Below, in pieces: positions 11,312 to 25,657 of a DNA stretch of 64,000 nucleotides. Below the pieces are notes generated by a model. It did no database searches, was not told where the DNA came from, and saw only the letters and a program-made list of their open reading frames with translations. The DNA is taken from contig OZ193909.1 of NCBI GenBank assembly GCA_964276515.1, positions 14,632,001 through 14,696,000 on the forward strand, given 5' to 3'. A program made the translations under genes and the position numbers. The DNA comes from Gordius albopunctatus (lineage: Eukaryota). Every line of letters begins with the position of its first letter. The stretch's first letter is position 1.

Positions 11312-14049
11312 TAGAGTTGTTAAATTGCTAACTTTAGCAATGCTAACTATGTGCTATGCTCGAGCACGAACACTAGCTGTTTAATATGTTGGTTTAACAC
11401 AATGAGTGCTAGCTGTTCGGTGCAATAGTTTTAACAGTAGCATGTAAAAATGCTCGAGAGGTTAGTCGAAGCAGCCAAATCTGTTAAAAAATTTAGCAGG
11501 AGCTCGAGCAGGAAATTCGAGCAGATACTAGATTGAATTGCTATTTGTTAAAATTAGAAATTATAGCCCCACATTTCCTCGATGCTAGTCTAGTATCATT
11601 TTCTAAATTTGATGGCGGAATTCGACCTATAGCAATGGGGTCTGTTGTACGCAGACTCTGTTCCAAACTGATCATAAAACGCATCAAAAGTAAAGCTGTG
11701 GAAATCCTAGCTCCTACTCAACTCGGATTTGGTGCAAAAGGAGGATGCGAAATTGCTTCACACGCGGTAAGAATTTCTCTTACCACCCCAACCCCCTCAG
11801 TGATCGCTAAAATTGATTTCAAGAATGCTTTCAAGCATTTATCGTTCCCACTTCCTTAATGAAACATACAAACATTTCTCTGAATACTCCGCATTTCTTA
11901 ATGCATGCTATTTACCAGTTTCAATATTACAATTTCACAAACATACCATCAATTCTAGTGACGGTATTCTATTCACCAAGGCGACCCTTTAGGGCCGCTT
12001 CTATTTAACCTTGGCATCAAAACTTTAGTTGATAGCCTTGCAACAAAGTTTAATTTGAATTTAAACATTTGGTACCTTGACGATGGTACCATCCAAGGCG
12101 CCCCCGATGATGTTTTTGCCGCTTTGAGATACCTGGAAATCGAATCAACGAAAATCGGACTAACTCTAAATCAATCCAAAACCGAAATTTGTCCCCTTAA
12201 CACACCTCTTATAGGCAATCAAGACCTATTATCTTACACATTAATAGATCCTTCCTTGTTGACGCTACTCGGATCCCCAATAGGAGGCTCTATTCCTATA
12301 TTAAAATTGTTAGGAAAAACCAGCCGCAGACTAGCAGATAGGAAAAGCCTATTTAAACACCTTCCTGCCCACCAAGCATTTTTTCTAGTAAAAAACTGCT
12401 ACTCAATCCCTAAATTAATGCACAGCTTCGGGTCCTCTGCAGTGTTCTCACATCACGAGCTTGCCTTCCAACAAAATTGGGGGGGGGGGGGGGCTAGGCT
12501 TAGTCTCAATAGCCTCCATATCTCTATCCGCATTTATAGCAAGCCACATGTCAAATGGAAGCTTCATTTCAACATTAACCCCACAACATGACAACTTACT
12601 CGACGTCGCTTTCCAACAATGGAATGAATCCTTTAACGTCCCTACTCAATTCCCTGAAGTAAACTCCCAAAAGTGTTGGATTAGCCCCCTGTCCGAGTGC
12701 CTCTTTAAGTCTCTCATTAATGGCGCTCCGGCAGAGGAACTTCCAGCGCTTAAGAGCTTGGCTTCACGCTCAGGCCACGAATGGCTCGAAACTTTCCCAA
12801 GCCGTAACCTTGGTCTTCTCTTATCCAACACCGAATTCCGCTTCGCAGTAGGCCTAAGACTAGGATGCAATATAGTTGCTGAACACACTTGTTCGCTTTG
12901 CAATAATTCCGTAAAATTGAATGGCCACCATGGCCTTCATTGTAATCGCAACAAAGCCTGGTACTTTCGACATACCGCGGTTAACAAACTTATACATAAC
13001 TATCTGACCAAAGCTGGTTTTCCCTCAATTCTCGAACCCACCGGCCACTGTGATGACAACAAACGACCCGATGGCCAAACTTTAGGCGCTTGGGAAAAAG
13101 GAATCAGTTTAGCATGGGATTATACATGTACTGCTGACGTATTTGCCCTGTCTAATCATAAAAAAGATCCCTTGTCCTCAGCCGAGGCTCTGAAAATTTC
13201 AAAATACTCAGATATTAACAATACTACTATAATATTTTGTCCCATTGCGACGACTACCCTAACAACCTTTGGCCCCCTAGCCTTACAACTTTTTTAAAAA
13301 ATAGGGAAACAAATTTCATTGCTATCCCATGATAATCGCGAATCATTTTTTATACGACAGAAAATCGGCATAACTACCTGTAAATATAATTAATTAGCCA
13401 TAACCGAATGTTTTCCCAATATCTACGATTCTTAATTTTTAATTTATTTATCTCACCTTCACAAAATATGTAATTCTCCTTAAAAAAATAATAAATGATA
13501 TAATTAACAAAAAAAACATTTTAATCATCCTCCACCCCTTATTTTTTACCCTCTTTCTTACCAGAGTGGAGGGGGGAGGGGGGTCGTTCTCACCGGAGCC
13601 TATATTTTTTACCCTATTTTTCACTTGCCCCCCCCCCTGGTAAGAAAAAGGGTAAAAAATAAGGTTGGGGGGGGGGGGGCAAAACCCCCCCTCCTCCTCC
13701 TCTGGTGAGAAAGAGGATAAAAGCCCCCCCTCCCCCTGGTGAGAAAGAGGGTAAAAAATAGGGGGGGGGCAAAGTTCTTAATTTATTTATGAAATATAAT
13801 ATGATTAAAATTGTATTTTAACAAATAGCAATTAAATCTACTATCTGCTCGAATTTCCTGCTCGAGCTCCTGCTAAATTTTTTAACAGATTTGGCTGGTT
13901 CGACTAACCTCTCGAGCATTTTTACATGCTACTGTTAAAACTATTGCACCGAACAGCTAGCACTCATTGTGCTAAACTAGCATATTACACAGCTAGTGTT
14001 CGTGCTCGCGTTTTTAGTTGAAGCTACTTAGCAATTTAACAACTATCTG
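11312..14049. mobile_element. Long palindromic (foldback) non-autonomous DNA element, interrupted by a CRE-like retrotransposon
   Basis: About 240-bp near-identical inverted arms at ~11312-11553 and ~13815-14049. The palindrome continues internally at 13517-13810. No clean TSD was found. Confidence 0.85.
11554..13516 (+). mobile_element. 5'-truncated CRE-clade (R2 superfamily, restriction-like endonuclease) non-LTR retrotransposon, frameshifted
   Basis: RT motifs RPIAMG, QLGFG..GGCE, KIDFKNAF, QGDPLGPLLF and WYLDDG. C-terminal CxxC-H-C knuckle (CSLC..HGLHC), RH..VN, LEP, RPDG and WDYT endonuclease motifs. A-rich 3' tail at about 13480-13516. Confidence 0.85.
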
Positions 14050-14403
14050 TCAGATAGTAATATCATCTAAGCCTAAGTCAAAATATATGTATGAAAATTT
14101 TGGATTTCACTTAAATTTTTATCGCTTATTCAATAATTGACATTTATGCAATTACCATTTAAAAATAAAATAATCGCAAATAATAGTTTGTGTTTAAAGC
14201 GTTGCGGTATTTATTACCTACTAAAAATATTACCATTTCTCCGAATAACACTTACACAATTTTGACATTTTAATAATAATTTGTAGTTTACGAAATAGTT
14301 GTAAAATAAATGTTTGAAGATAAAAATAATTGCTTAAGAGTGATATAATTTCTAAAAAACAATCTATTAAAGTAAGCACTAAACAAAACAATTTAAACTT
14401 CTT

Positions 14404-14771
14404 ACGGAGATGAGAATGATACGGTGGAACTTGGGGTATACTAAGCTCGACCATATGACGAATGACTTTCTCATGACAAAAATGGGTATTCAACCTATGG
14501 CGGACATGATTAACGAAAATCGGCTAAGGTGGTATGGGCATATACTAAGAAGGGACCCGGATGACGTAAATCGAAAAGTGCTAGACATGAAAATACCGGG
14601 GAAGAGGGGGAGAGGACGACCCCGTGTCACGTGGAAAAGGCAAGTCGATAAAGTTATGGAAACTAAAGAGATTAGTCAAGACATGGCACTAACCCGGTCA
14701 AGATGGAAGAGACTCATCAAAACAAACCCCACCAATGTGGGACCAAATAACTGATAAAGAAGAAGAAGAAG
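14404..14771 (+). mobile_element. 5'-truncated RTE LINE, 3' fragment
   Basis: Encodes EMRMIRW...RLRWYGHILRR...RGRGRPRVTW, followed by an (AAG)n tail at about 14757-14771. Confidence 0.9.
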
Positions 14772-15089
14772 CATATTAGAATGGCTTAACGTCATAAATG
14801 TCGTTCAAATTTCTATGAAATTCATGTTTCGAAGTCTAGACCAATAAAATTAAGCAAAACTCCATGTCCGCCCATTGCATAATTTCTTTGTTAAAGTGTT
14901 ATTAAATACCTTTTTGTTAAGATAAGATATTTCAAATATTATATTGTTTTAAAACTTCAAGACATCGAGCTCATAAGCCTACGGGAAGGTAAAGTTTTAC
15001 AAATGTGCTTTTTATGAAATCTTTTAAAAGTTAATATCTTGTTTGGCATCTTCTAATTTACAAATTATTTTTCTTGTTCATATTTGTAG

Positions 15090-15812
15090 TCGAGAGTTGG
15101 TCAACTGTCCTAAGAGCCCCGCAAAATGATATTTTTTCGGTCCGAGCCTGCCCCGACACAAAAAACCTGCATTGACAATAAAATAAAAATTAGTTTTCGC
15201 AATAGTAATTGTCTAAGAGCATTATTGAAAAATTTCGAGGTATGCTAGCTTTAAGTACTTTATAAAAAATTAGGTCTCTCCCAGTACTGGTTTCCTGTTT
15301 ATTAAAATTTCATGAAATCTTTTAGCTAGAATTTGCCTCGGGCCGGGCGCGGGCCTCGCAGGTCCGGCCTAGCTCAAGGATCAATTAAATTTTCATTTAA
15401 CCCGAGCCCGGCCCATGCGCGGATTTAACTGTCCCCTTTTCCCTCAACCTCATAGCTGCACCTAGATGCCGACACGAGTGACCTGAGACCCGACCCGATC
15501 TGAGACCCATAAATTCTTGGTCAACTATATTCTCTTATAATTGAAATAAATATTTAAGATGAGTTTGCTCTAGAAATTTATGACATTAATTAGTTCCTCA
15601 AAGTTGATATACTTTAATTCGTCGAATAAATACATACGACATTTTAATCTTATTTTCGGATCGGGCCGGGTCAGAATTTATTTTATTCAAGTCGGGTTAA
15701 AATTTAAAAACCCCTTCGTGTTTGGTTAAAAATTTAAAACACTTTTGAGTTGGGTTGGGTTTTGGAAAATTGGGGTTGAAGTCGGGTTGAAAACAAGTGA
15801 CACTCTAGCTGT
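15090..15812. mobile_element. Cluster of hAT-like MITE remnants with CCCGA/TCGGG subterminal repeats
   Basis: Repeated CCCGAC/GTCGGG/GGGCCGGG motifs in both orientations, as in the TSD-bounded copy at 37860. Confidence 0.5.
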
Positions 15813-17847
15813 CCCTATCCTTTAGCCCCGAACTTAAAATAATTAAACTATAGTTCCTTCAAGATATATCGTTGGAAACAACGTTATTTCAAATTTAGTT
15901 AAGGACAGCGATATAAACATTATAATAAAATATTGAAGTATAATGTTGCCATTATTTGCTTATGGTACTTTATTTGTCATTGAAGAAACAGTCATTTTGC
16001 TAACTCTATTATGAATTACGAAAGACATGAAAATTCATAGTAGATTATGAATTTAAGTTTAAAAGACCAATTCGGCTTCCCAATTACATATTTTCACTTT
16101 AATATGCTTTTGATACTAAATTAAAAAATTTCTACGTATGGGGAATTATTTGGCCTTATCTAAAGCTTTATATAACGCACACGCAGCCCTAGCATAATTT
16201 TTATGGAAAATAATACTTGAACAACAATAAAGATATAATATACCTTATATTAGGACTGTTGGATTTTATCGTCATGCCTTGTAATTAAATATCCAAGCTA
16301 TGGGGTGTGTCATTGATTATGATTAATATTTTTCTATATGCCTCACGGGAGACATTAATTAATTTTTAGCTAGTTTCAAAACTAACTAAAGGTAATAAAA
16401 CAGCCTAGCATGACTATCCTATCTCTAGTGACCATAAAATATTATAATGACTCCTCCCACTCCCCTTGAATGCATGCATAGGAGTATATAATTAATATGC
16501 TTTCGCGCTAATTTGTTAATTAAAATTGGCTGAGCATAATTAGGTTGAGGGTCTAATGAGTGAAATCATATGGCAGAAGGTCGTCAACCGCCATGTAATA
16601 TACAATTTCCCATAACTTACACCATTTGCTGCTGATATGCACAAGTTTGGAACCATATGCGTAATACATTATTTTATATAATGATAAATTGATTGTAGTA
16701 ATACTATAATATAATTTATTATAACGGATAAATGTATCTAAATTTATGATTCTCCCGAGATTTATCATATATTATTTAGAGATGTTAAGTGTAGCTGGAC
16801 AAGTGGTTGGATGTTCAAATTTATATATGGAAAATCTTAAACGTCTGTGAATATAAATTCTCAATGCCAAGAGTTTATTATTATGATTTATTAGTATATT
16901 TGCAAAAATTAGAAATATAGACGTAAAAAGTAGTTTCTAATAAATTCTGAATTGTGAAACATTAATCCACGCAGATATATACTTTTTTATATGTGCTAAA
17001 ACATGTATTTTTAAAGCTAAAAACACAAAACATACAATGAACAAAAATAATGACAATATTTATTTATTCAAATCGAAAATTAATAAACTGCGATTAAAAT
17101 GCTCAAAACACACTAATTGTTATTTCGTTCATTATCTAATAAACAAAATCTTGATTTTTTTTAATAATTATTAAAATTTAATAATGCTATTTATATGATA
17201 ATATTAATTTAGAGTGCGTATTTAAATTTGGCAATACTACACGATATGGCCTACTTTCGTTAAAATCTTATAAATTAAAAGCTCACCTTGGCCATATTAA
17301 TTGTTGAGCCAGATTACACCAAAGTACGATCAAAAAATAATTAATAATAACAAACAAACTATCATTGGTGTTTCACTAATAAAAAAATCTAAATTCAAAA
17401 GCATTATTTATTCGTTACCAATTATCTTTTATTTATGCCTTGGTTTTACCTGACGCCTTTGTTACAAGCATCTTTTTATAATAGAAATGGATCCGATATA
17501 AAATACTATTAAATTTATATTATCTTTTAATGGATTTGATAGACATAAGGAGTAAACGGACTTGTTTGTTAATATTATTATTAAGTTGATTCAGCTTGAT
17601 AAATATACTTTAAATTTAAGCAGGATTACTTGAGGTTTACATAAATTAAAAAATTACTAATTATATTAATTCTATCAGCCAATGATTTTTATTACGTCCA
17701 AATTTTGACAACTGTCCACCAGGATATGTTTCCTATTAAACTTAACAACCCCCAAAGGTTATTAAATTATGTAAGTAATGGTGTAATCTAGGTAAAAGTC
17801 TGCCTTTTGACATTTGGGTAAATACAACAAGAGTTAAGTATAGGTGA

Positions 17848-18004
17848 CATGGGCGTAGCCAGGTTTTGGATTGAGGGGGGGGGGCAAAACGTTCAAAAGT
17901 TCAATTAAGGAGGGGGGGGGCAAAACATAATTTTTTTAATTTTTAAGGCTTTTTGCATTGAAAAAAATATTTTTTTCGTCATTTAGGGGGAGGGGGCGCC
18001 CTTG
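17848..18004. mobile_element. hAT MITE, family A
   Basis: CATGGGCGTAGCC...GCGCCCTTG with 8-bp TSD ATAGGTGA (17840-17847 and 18005-18012). Confidence 0.85.
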
Positions 18005-20069
18005 ATAGGTGATGTATTGTCATATTATATAATAATCCCAATTAATAAATAGCGTCAAGGCTATTAAAATAAACCAATAACTGCATTTGTCTCCAAGCCG
18101 TTGTTATACTACTAAGGTGGCTTTATTATAATACAAACCAAATAACTACCTAACACTAATTTTTGCTTATAATTGGGACGGCCATCTAAGATTTACCAAT
18201 AAATATGGCAAACACATGTAATTCCTGATATAAATCTACTAACCTCCTTTATTCCATACAAGTAGGGATACCTTTGAACGGGTAAATATTTTTTGACGAT
18301 AAAAATTTAGAGCTCAATTTTTTAATTTAATCAAGCAGCTCTTAATTGTTGTAATATTACGTTTTAACTTTGCATATTTTCCAAATGGGAGTAAACTTAC
18401 GTTTCTAGCTTTTCATATTTTTAGTCAAAGTTACTTATCGGAATGGAATAGGCCTAGGCAATTTTAGTATTCGATTTTAAATTATTGTATAGGATGTTGT
18501 AGCTAAACATTACAAATTTAATTCAAAAAGTTATTAATAAAAGCATTTATTATCTTTTATATATTCTAGACCAATCACATTATAGAAACAATAATTTTTA
18601 AAATAATTATGATTAAAAATGTATGATTGATTAATAAATGACAATTATTATTAAAATGAAACCTATTATTTAAGGACTGATTTATAATAAAAAATACGTT
18701 TGTTTATTAACTTTACAAATCGAAAAATGACTTTTATTGAAAACAAACCCTTCAAGAGTGTTATTGACTACACTTTAAAAATCAGTTAGTCAATCTATCA
18801 AATGCTTTTTTATCATAAGAATTCACGAATTTTATAAAAATCATTATTTCTGTCTAACCTAATATAAATTGATTGATTATACATTTGAAAACATGGGCGT
18901 GGTCAATTTAAAATTGGGGGAGGGGCAAAACAATTTTTTCGGAAATCGCTATTCTTTTAAATCAAAAAATAAAATTTAGAGAAGGGGGCAAGTGCCCTAC
19001 ATTACTCTCGCCGGATACACCCATCCCAGAAAATATTAATAAAATTAAGAAGCAGGCATCGCCTATATAAGTTAGTTATATATAATTTTATTATTCTCAA
19101 ATACACTAATATTTCGTTGCAATAGAAAAGAACAAGATTCTTTATAGTTAAAATCCCTTCTTAAATTACTTAATTATAAATCAATTTCATGTAAGTAATT
19201 AAATTAATTATTTTCAATAATTTTGCCATCTAAATTTACATTTTTTCAATCGTATTTAAGAAATAAATTTTATTATAGTTTTTTACTAACTACATATTAA
19301 TAAGATTTTATCCAAAACTTTTGAATTTATGAAACATTGGCGTAATGTATCGTAAAACCTTCATCAAAAAATGTAATAGAAAATCATTGTTTTAACTTGC
19401 TATTGGATAAAAGTTCTTTAAGAGTCAAATTCCATGGGGTGTGAAATTTCTCTGCGCATTATTTTAATAGTTAAAATTCATTATAGCGGAGATCTCATTT
19501 TGAGAATGACTATGATTGTAAATAATACAAAAAATGTAAAAGAAGGTTTGAATGTCAAATTGTTTTTTTTTGTCAAAAATGATAAATTAAACTATAAAAG
19601 GAGTGTTGAAGTTAGTTTTCCGGTTAATGTACAATCAAAATTTTACGTTATAGTTGCATTGCATGCCTTTTATTATAATAAGAGCAAGAGACACCATTAA
19701 AGAATTTTGAGAATATATTAATTATTTATACAGAGTAAAATTATATGACTGAAGTCACTTTGTTAAACAAATTGTCTTATATACTTAATTTAGTTTTGTG
19801 TTAGTTATACATAAATTAGTTATTAAATGACATTATGGGAGATCGGGACAACTTTAGGCCTTAGCTATCTGTATATCCAAATTGTTTTAATATTATTTGT
19901 ATCATATGGACACACATAAAAAATATTTTGTCGAAAAAATAAAAAAATAAAGTATATATATATATATAAAAGTCACTTCCTATAACTTTACCTCATGACA
20001 AAATATGCTTTTTACAAATAGTTCTTATGATGAGTTTTATTTTTGCTTTTAATATGGTTAAATATCACT

Positions 20070-21660
20070 TGGAAAGGCCAACGTGGCAGCAGCTGGGTAA
20101 AAATGTAGACTTCTGTTTTACTTTTCTATGTTAGAAATTACAAGAAACATCTATAAAAATTTTTAGTTTTCTCTGAATTTATTTTTTTATTATAGAAAAT
20201 AATCTTAAGAATATATTTAAATTTTTATTCTCTATTTCTTAAAGCACATTTAAATTTTTTATCACTACCTATGTCTCGGTCTTTAACTTTATTAAAACAG
20301 ACTGCGATGGGGAGGAGTCGTTTCGAAAATTTTATAATTAAAATTTAATTAAATTTTTCAATTTTTTTTTGGTTTAGCGCGTATTTAATTGCATCTAATG
20401 ACTTCTTAAATCGAGTAAGTTTAAAAAAAAATATTATTAGATTTAAATTATGCTAATTCAAAATTAATTATTTTTATACTAAAGGCTATTTAAAGCGGTA
20501 TAAACCTTAATTTATATGTTAATTTCTATTTTTAAAACTAAAAGTAAAATGAACATTTCTTTAGATATTTTTGTGGAAATAATCGCGCTACTACTAGTTT
20601 TTACATAGTCCTTTCAAACTGTATATCATTAAAATTGATTAAAACTTTACTGAAATTTTCGGTTTGATTTAATAGCTAAATTATTTTAATATTGGTACAA
20701 ATGAGACACAGTAATTGAGTAGATAAGACCCATAATTTCTGGTATATTATTTGCGTGTAGGAATTATTGATTTTTACGAAAGGTCTAGGTTTGTAATAAT
20801 TGGTCAGTTTTATGTTTAGATATTGGCTATAAAATCAACCGGATTAGCATATCATTAAGTATAAAATGAGGGAAGTAAGTGGGGTTGGTGTTTTGCAAGA
20901 ACTTTTGAAGAGCGTTTTACCTTATGACTTTCAAATCGACTTATATTAATTAAATTGTAGTCTGTTGCGATACAGTTTTTGAAGGTACTTTACTTGTTTA
21001 TAGTAAAAAGTAGGCATTCTAATTGTAAATAGCACGTTATTATTATGCGCATTTGTTCAATTTTAGAATATTTTGATATCTAACTTTGCTTTCTTTTTAG
21101 TAGTAATAATATGTAGTAGTACCTAAATCTTAAAGTTTTTTGAATGGGCTTAGGTAGCTGGGTCTTGTTTGCTCGACCTTTGGTTTTGGTCTTCTGAACT
21201 TAACTAGATTAAAGGTTTGCAAAACGGTTTGTGCCTACAAATTCCATAATCATTTTTAGCGTTAATTAATATTTTTTATGACATTTACTCGCATAGATTT
21301 TGTCTTAATTTAAATTGAGGTAAGGCTATGATTTATAAAGGGATAAAAGGTTTCTCTTTCAAAAAACACATTTTTGTTTTTTGGTAAATATATGAGAATT
21401 TTAGGTTTTTTTGAAGGGTGCTAGTATAATAGGCAGCAAGAAAGATTTTACTTCTGCAGCTCGGGGAGATAAGACGCATGACTTTTAAAAATATGGCCTT
21501 CTACTTAATGTCCCCACTCGAATCTTTTAAATATTCATTCAAATTTATGGGTTGCTTTAATATTAGCGAATTGTTCAAATCTAACATACCCCTTTAAATG
21601 TTATTAAGAACATAAGTTAATCTTAGAGATATTGCAAACCTTGTAGACTAGATTTCAGAA
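20070..21660 (+). pseudogene. Possible heavily decayed LINE reverse transcriptase remnant
   Basis: Only faint motif traces (GVGVLQ near 20881, a YLG-like stretch near 21150) and no intact ORF. Boundaries are approximate. Confidence 0.3.
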
Positions 21661-22781
21661 TAAGACGTCTATTTATTATTTTTAAAATAAACTGAAATGC
21701 CATACCAAAATTATATTTGCCCCTTATCTCAACCATTAATAATAATCATATTATTTCATTGGATGTCACAATTTTAGTGATTCAATTTGCAATAAAGTAT
21801 TTGAAAATGGCTTTTGATTGTTTTTACAATACAACTAAGTTAAAATAAATTAAAATTTGAAATTTGCTTCAAATTTATTTTATACCTAGATGTTTTAATA
21901 ATATTTAAACCACAAGCCTACTTAACATTTTCATTACATACCCATATAATTTTGCAATTTGAATTTACTACGCGATATTATTTTGTTTATTTGAAGCCGA
22001 ATATATTTGCATCTCCAGAATATATTAATCTATGAGACTTATGCCTTTCCTTTACAACTACCCAATAAATTTATGTAAAAAGCAAATTTAATCAGTCAAA
22101 AGGCTGCACATTTTTGAATATTACATATCACCGTAGTTCAGGCGTGTTTAATATAGGAAGAGAAGCTTGATTGTTGCAAGATTGATTTTTTATTTATATT
22201 TGCATTGATCATTTTGACATTCAAATCACAAATAAATTTGTTACGGGGTAAACATCTCTACAATGCAATTTGAGCAAAAAACTTGGCACAAATAATATGA
22301 TTGCCATAATTAAATTTTGATAAATTAGTTAATTCATGCAAACAAGGAAAAAACTATTTTGTACGTCAATATTGATACTGCTAACACCACCTCGCAGATA
22401 GGGTCAATTCTCACTTAAAGACCTTTATGCTGCTTTATTAAAAATCTATTAATTTTGCATTGAATTTTTTTAAATCCAACCTTTCGATGCCCTCTTGAGT
22501 GCTTCTATATCCTTTAAATGGGAACAAAGCTATAATCAAGAAGACCTAATGTCCAATCACTCAAAAAATATATTTTTAATGAGTTTGGATATATTTTATT
22601 TATAAATTAAAACAGTCTATAAGTACAACTGCGAATTACGATGCAACCCATGAAATAACCTTCGTTTAATGAGCTAAAATATATATGTATCTAAAGTATT
22701 TCCCCCCCCCCATGCAATTTAATCATCCATACTCTGCTATGACTGACATAAATACTATATTGGTCAAAGAGAGGCGCTAAT

Positions 22782-22859
22782 TTTTTTTTTTTGTTAAAAA
22801 GTTTATTTTCAAGAAACAAAGTTACATTAATAAGCGAAATACAAAAATAAAGACATATT
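22782..22859 (-). mobile_element. 78-bp 5'-truncated poly(A) retroposon insertion
   Basis: AATAAA plus an oligo(A) tail on the minus strand, flanked by the 22-bp direct repeat TTGGTCAAAGAGAGGCGCTAAT (22760-22781 and 22860-22881). Similar to 51490-51567. Confidence 0.85.
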
Positions 22860-24295
22860 TTGGTCAAAGAGAGGCGCTAATCGTTTAAATTGTAATATGT
22901 TAATGGCGAGTGGCTGAAGCAACGTTTCTAAATCAATTGATGAAGAAGAGAGACACATAGTTAGAATGTGGGTGTTGCGCGAACTATCAATTTGTTTATA
23001 CATTTACATTTATGTATGTTTGTATATATTTAAAAAGAGAAAGAGTTATTATGATAATAATAAGTTTTCCACTTTAAATATCGGAGCGCTCTCTCTCTTC
23101 GTTTGGGGAATACAACAAGTCGTGCTAAACTTAATGAGGATTTATACTACTAAATGAATATATCTTTCGTCCTCCTTTCCAATTTCTCATCCCAAAACTA
23201 AAGAAAGTGATAGGTTACATTTGCATTCATTAACGGTGCATCCCCAGCCGTTTACTTAAAGACATTCGCTTACCTTTGAATGAAAACTAATGCGCTTCAA
23301 GCTTCGAATCACTTTTATTTAGATCGTTAAAACCTAATTCCAATATTCAATTCATCTGGAAAAAAGTCCTCTTTGTTTATAGCATTTCCATATTTGACAT
23401 TTAACCTTATAAAATTAGATAAAGAGCTCATAAGGAATTTGTTTCAATTATTTAGTACAAACTACTATGTGTTAGTGAAGCCTCTTATACCTATTTTAAA
23501 CGTGTAATGCAATTATAATATTTGTTCAATTTTTGACGACAAAACAGAAATTTCAAATTACTAAACCGTTTGATCAATATAGTATGTATTTAGGAATAAT
23601 TTATTTGAAAGCAAATCCCTACATCTAAATATCCAGTCTGAACTTCTCCAGTACTAAATGAGAGCTTTTTCAAATGGCTCGATACTAAGTTAATAATCAA
23701 CAACGCTGATATACTATCCCAAATATTTGTGGCTACAAGGCTTATAGGAGATAAAAAGATGATTGCAATTTTATCTACTCTTCCATTCAAAAGAAGATTT
23801 AAGTCGTGTTTAAATAATGTCTGTATGTAGCATTCCAGACTATAGTTTTGGTATATGATCGTCAAGAACGTATCAGCTTACACCAAATCCCTACCCCCTC
23901 TTTAATGAATTACGGCTTGCCATTATTTAAGATTAAGGTCACATATTATAAACACTCGACAATGTCAATAATCTTACCGATAACCAAAACTTTAGGCGGA
24001 AGGCTGGGTGGGGCTGGTCGGTATAAAAATGATATTGGTTTATAATTATTCGTATTATAACCACAACAGCAATATTAGTGTGTAGAAATACAGTAAAAAT
24101 TTACAAAATTAACTTGATCCCTCCCTATCTATTGATTTCACCCGACTTTTCATTGAGGTTATCATAGCCGCCTCACTCACTGATTGATTTGTAAGGATAG
24201 GTTGTGAGGCGTATTGCGACAAATTTGCTACTGACCTCCCTCATTCACAGCGACGGCTATGAACTCAATAAATTAATTACGGAGACTACTATGTT

Positions 24296-24404
24296 CCTGG
24301 GTGTAGCCAGCATTGGGATTAGAGGGGGGGCAATAATGATTTAGGGAGGGGAAAAATCAACATTTTTCGAATAATTTTTATAAATCTTAACAAATAGCCC
24401 ATGA
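24296..24404. mobile_element. hAT MITE, family A, internally deleted
   Basis: 8-bp TSD ACTATGTT (24288-24295 and 24405-24412). Confidence 0.85.
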
Positions 24405-24435
24405 CTATGTTGATCAGCGCCTATCTACTATAGGC

Positions 24436-24955
24436 TAGAGGCCGGTAGAGGTGATCCAAAATCTAACCCGAACCCGATCCGATGTTTGAGTTGAATTTTA
24501 ATGTTAAATAAGGATGAATTTGATGAATGAATCAACCACAGGCGGTAAGAAATGAAAGTTTGAATATTTTAAAATAATGCAAAGTCTACTCTTGTTATGC
24601 CATTATTGCGTTCCTAGCTCGCAAGTTTCTAGCCACCCCTGCATCTCCATCAACAAGTGAGAGTAACTGCTGAACGAATTTTAAAAGAGAGAAAAGCGAA
24701 TTCGATCCAAAATTTTAGATGTAATTATAAATTTTCTAAACTATAACAAATTTTATGCCCAAAATTTGGGGCATCAATTAATTTGTTGTACCTGATACTT
24801 AATGTGGCGTTTTATTTAAACACACCGTCGTATTTCTTTCGGGTCCGGCGGAATTTTATTTTTTTCCGATCGGATGGGGTTCTGGTTGAAATATTTAATT
24901 GAAATTAGGTCGGGTGGGCGGTGGGGATGATAAAAGGTTATTTTGCGGGCCTCTA
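24436..24955. mobile_element. hAT-like non-autonomous element
   Basis: Ends TAGAGGCC...GGCCTCTA with CCCGA/TCGGG subterminal repeats. Confidence 0.55.
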
Positions 24956-25478
24956 ATTAAGGCTTTCATCAAAATATAAATTCCCCGTAGTTTCTTAATG
25001 AATTGTTAAAAATGTCCTTCTTATAGTTTAAAATCCATCTAGGAATGCTCAAAAGTTGTCTATCTTAACCTTCCCCAAAAGGTGATATATATATGCCATC
25101 TTAATAACGAAGATCCTTAACTATTAAATGACATATGAAAGTTAAAAAATATCGTAGATGACGTGAGAAGCAAATTTTAAAACTCCATTATTAGACTTAA
25201 TTCAACAATTATAAGGGGGTAATATATAAAGAGGGTGTTTTTAAGAGAGATTTTGATACTATAGCATTATTAACTTATTATGTTTGTAAAAACTAATTTC
25301 TGAAGCTTGAACAAAAAATTCTTCTGGAATTTAAAGAAGTCTTGCCTTGCCGTTTTCTGCAAATAAGACAATATTATTTATATATAACATTTTGCAATAA
25401 CTATATTAAAGCAAAGTGGGGGAAAAAGAAAAATATGAAATTTTTGAAAACACATGTGCATTACATATTACCCGCATA

Positions 25479-25657
25479 CATGGGGGTAGCCAGGGGGGGG
25501 GGCGGCTGCCCCCCTCTAAATTTAAAAATTTGTTGAAATTTATTAAAATTATTGCTAAAATTTCAAAAAATCATCATTTTGCCCCTCCCTAAATCATTAT
25601 TGCCCCTCCACAAATCATTATTGCCCCTCTCTAATCCCAATGCTGGCTACGCCCATG
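25479..25657. mobile_element. hAT MITE, family A
   Basis: TIRs CATGGGGGTAGCCAG / CTGGCTACGCCCATG with 8-bp TSD CCCGCATA. Confidence 0.92.

Noticed and set aside
23590..24045. Short ORFs as host genes
   Set aside because: No recognisable family. At most a very decayed LINE remnant.
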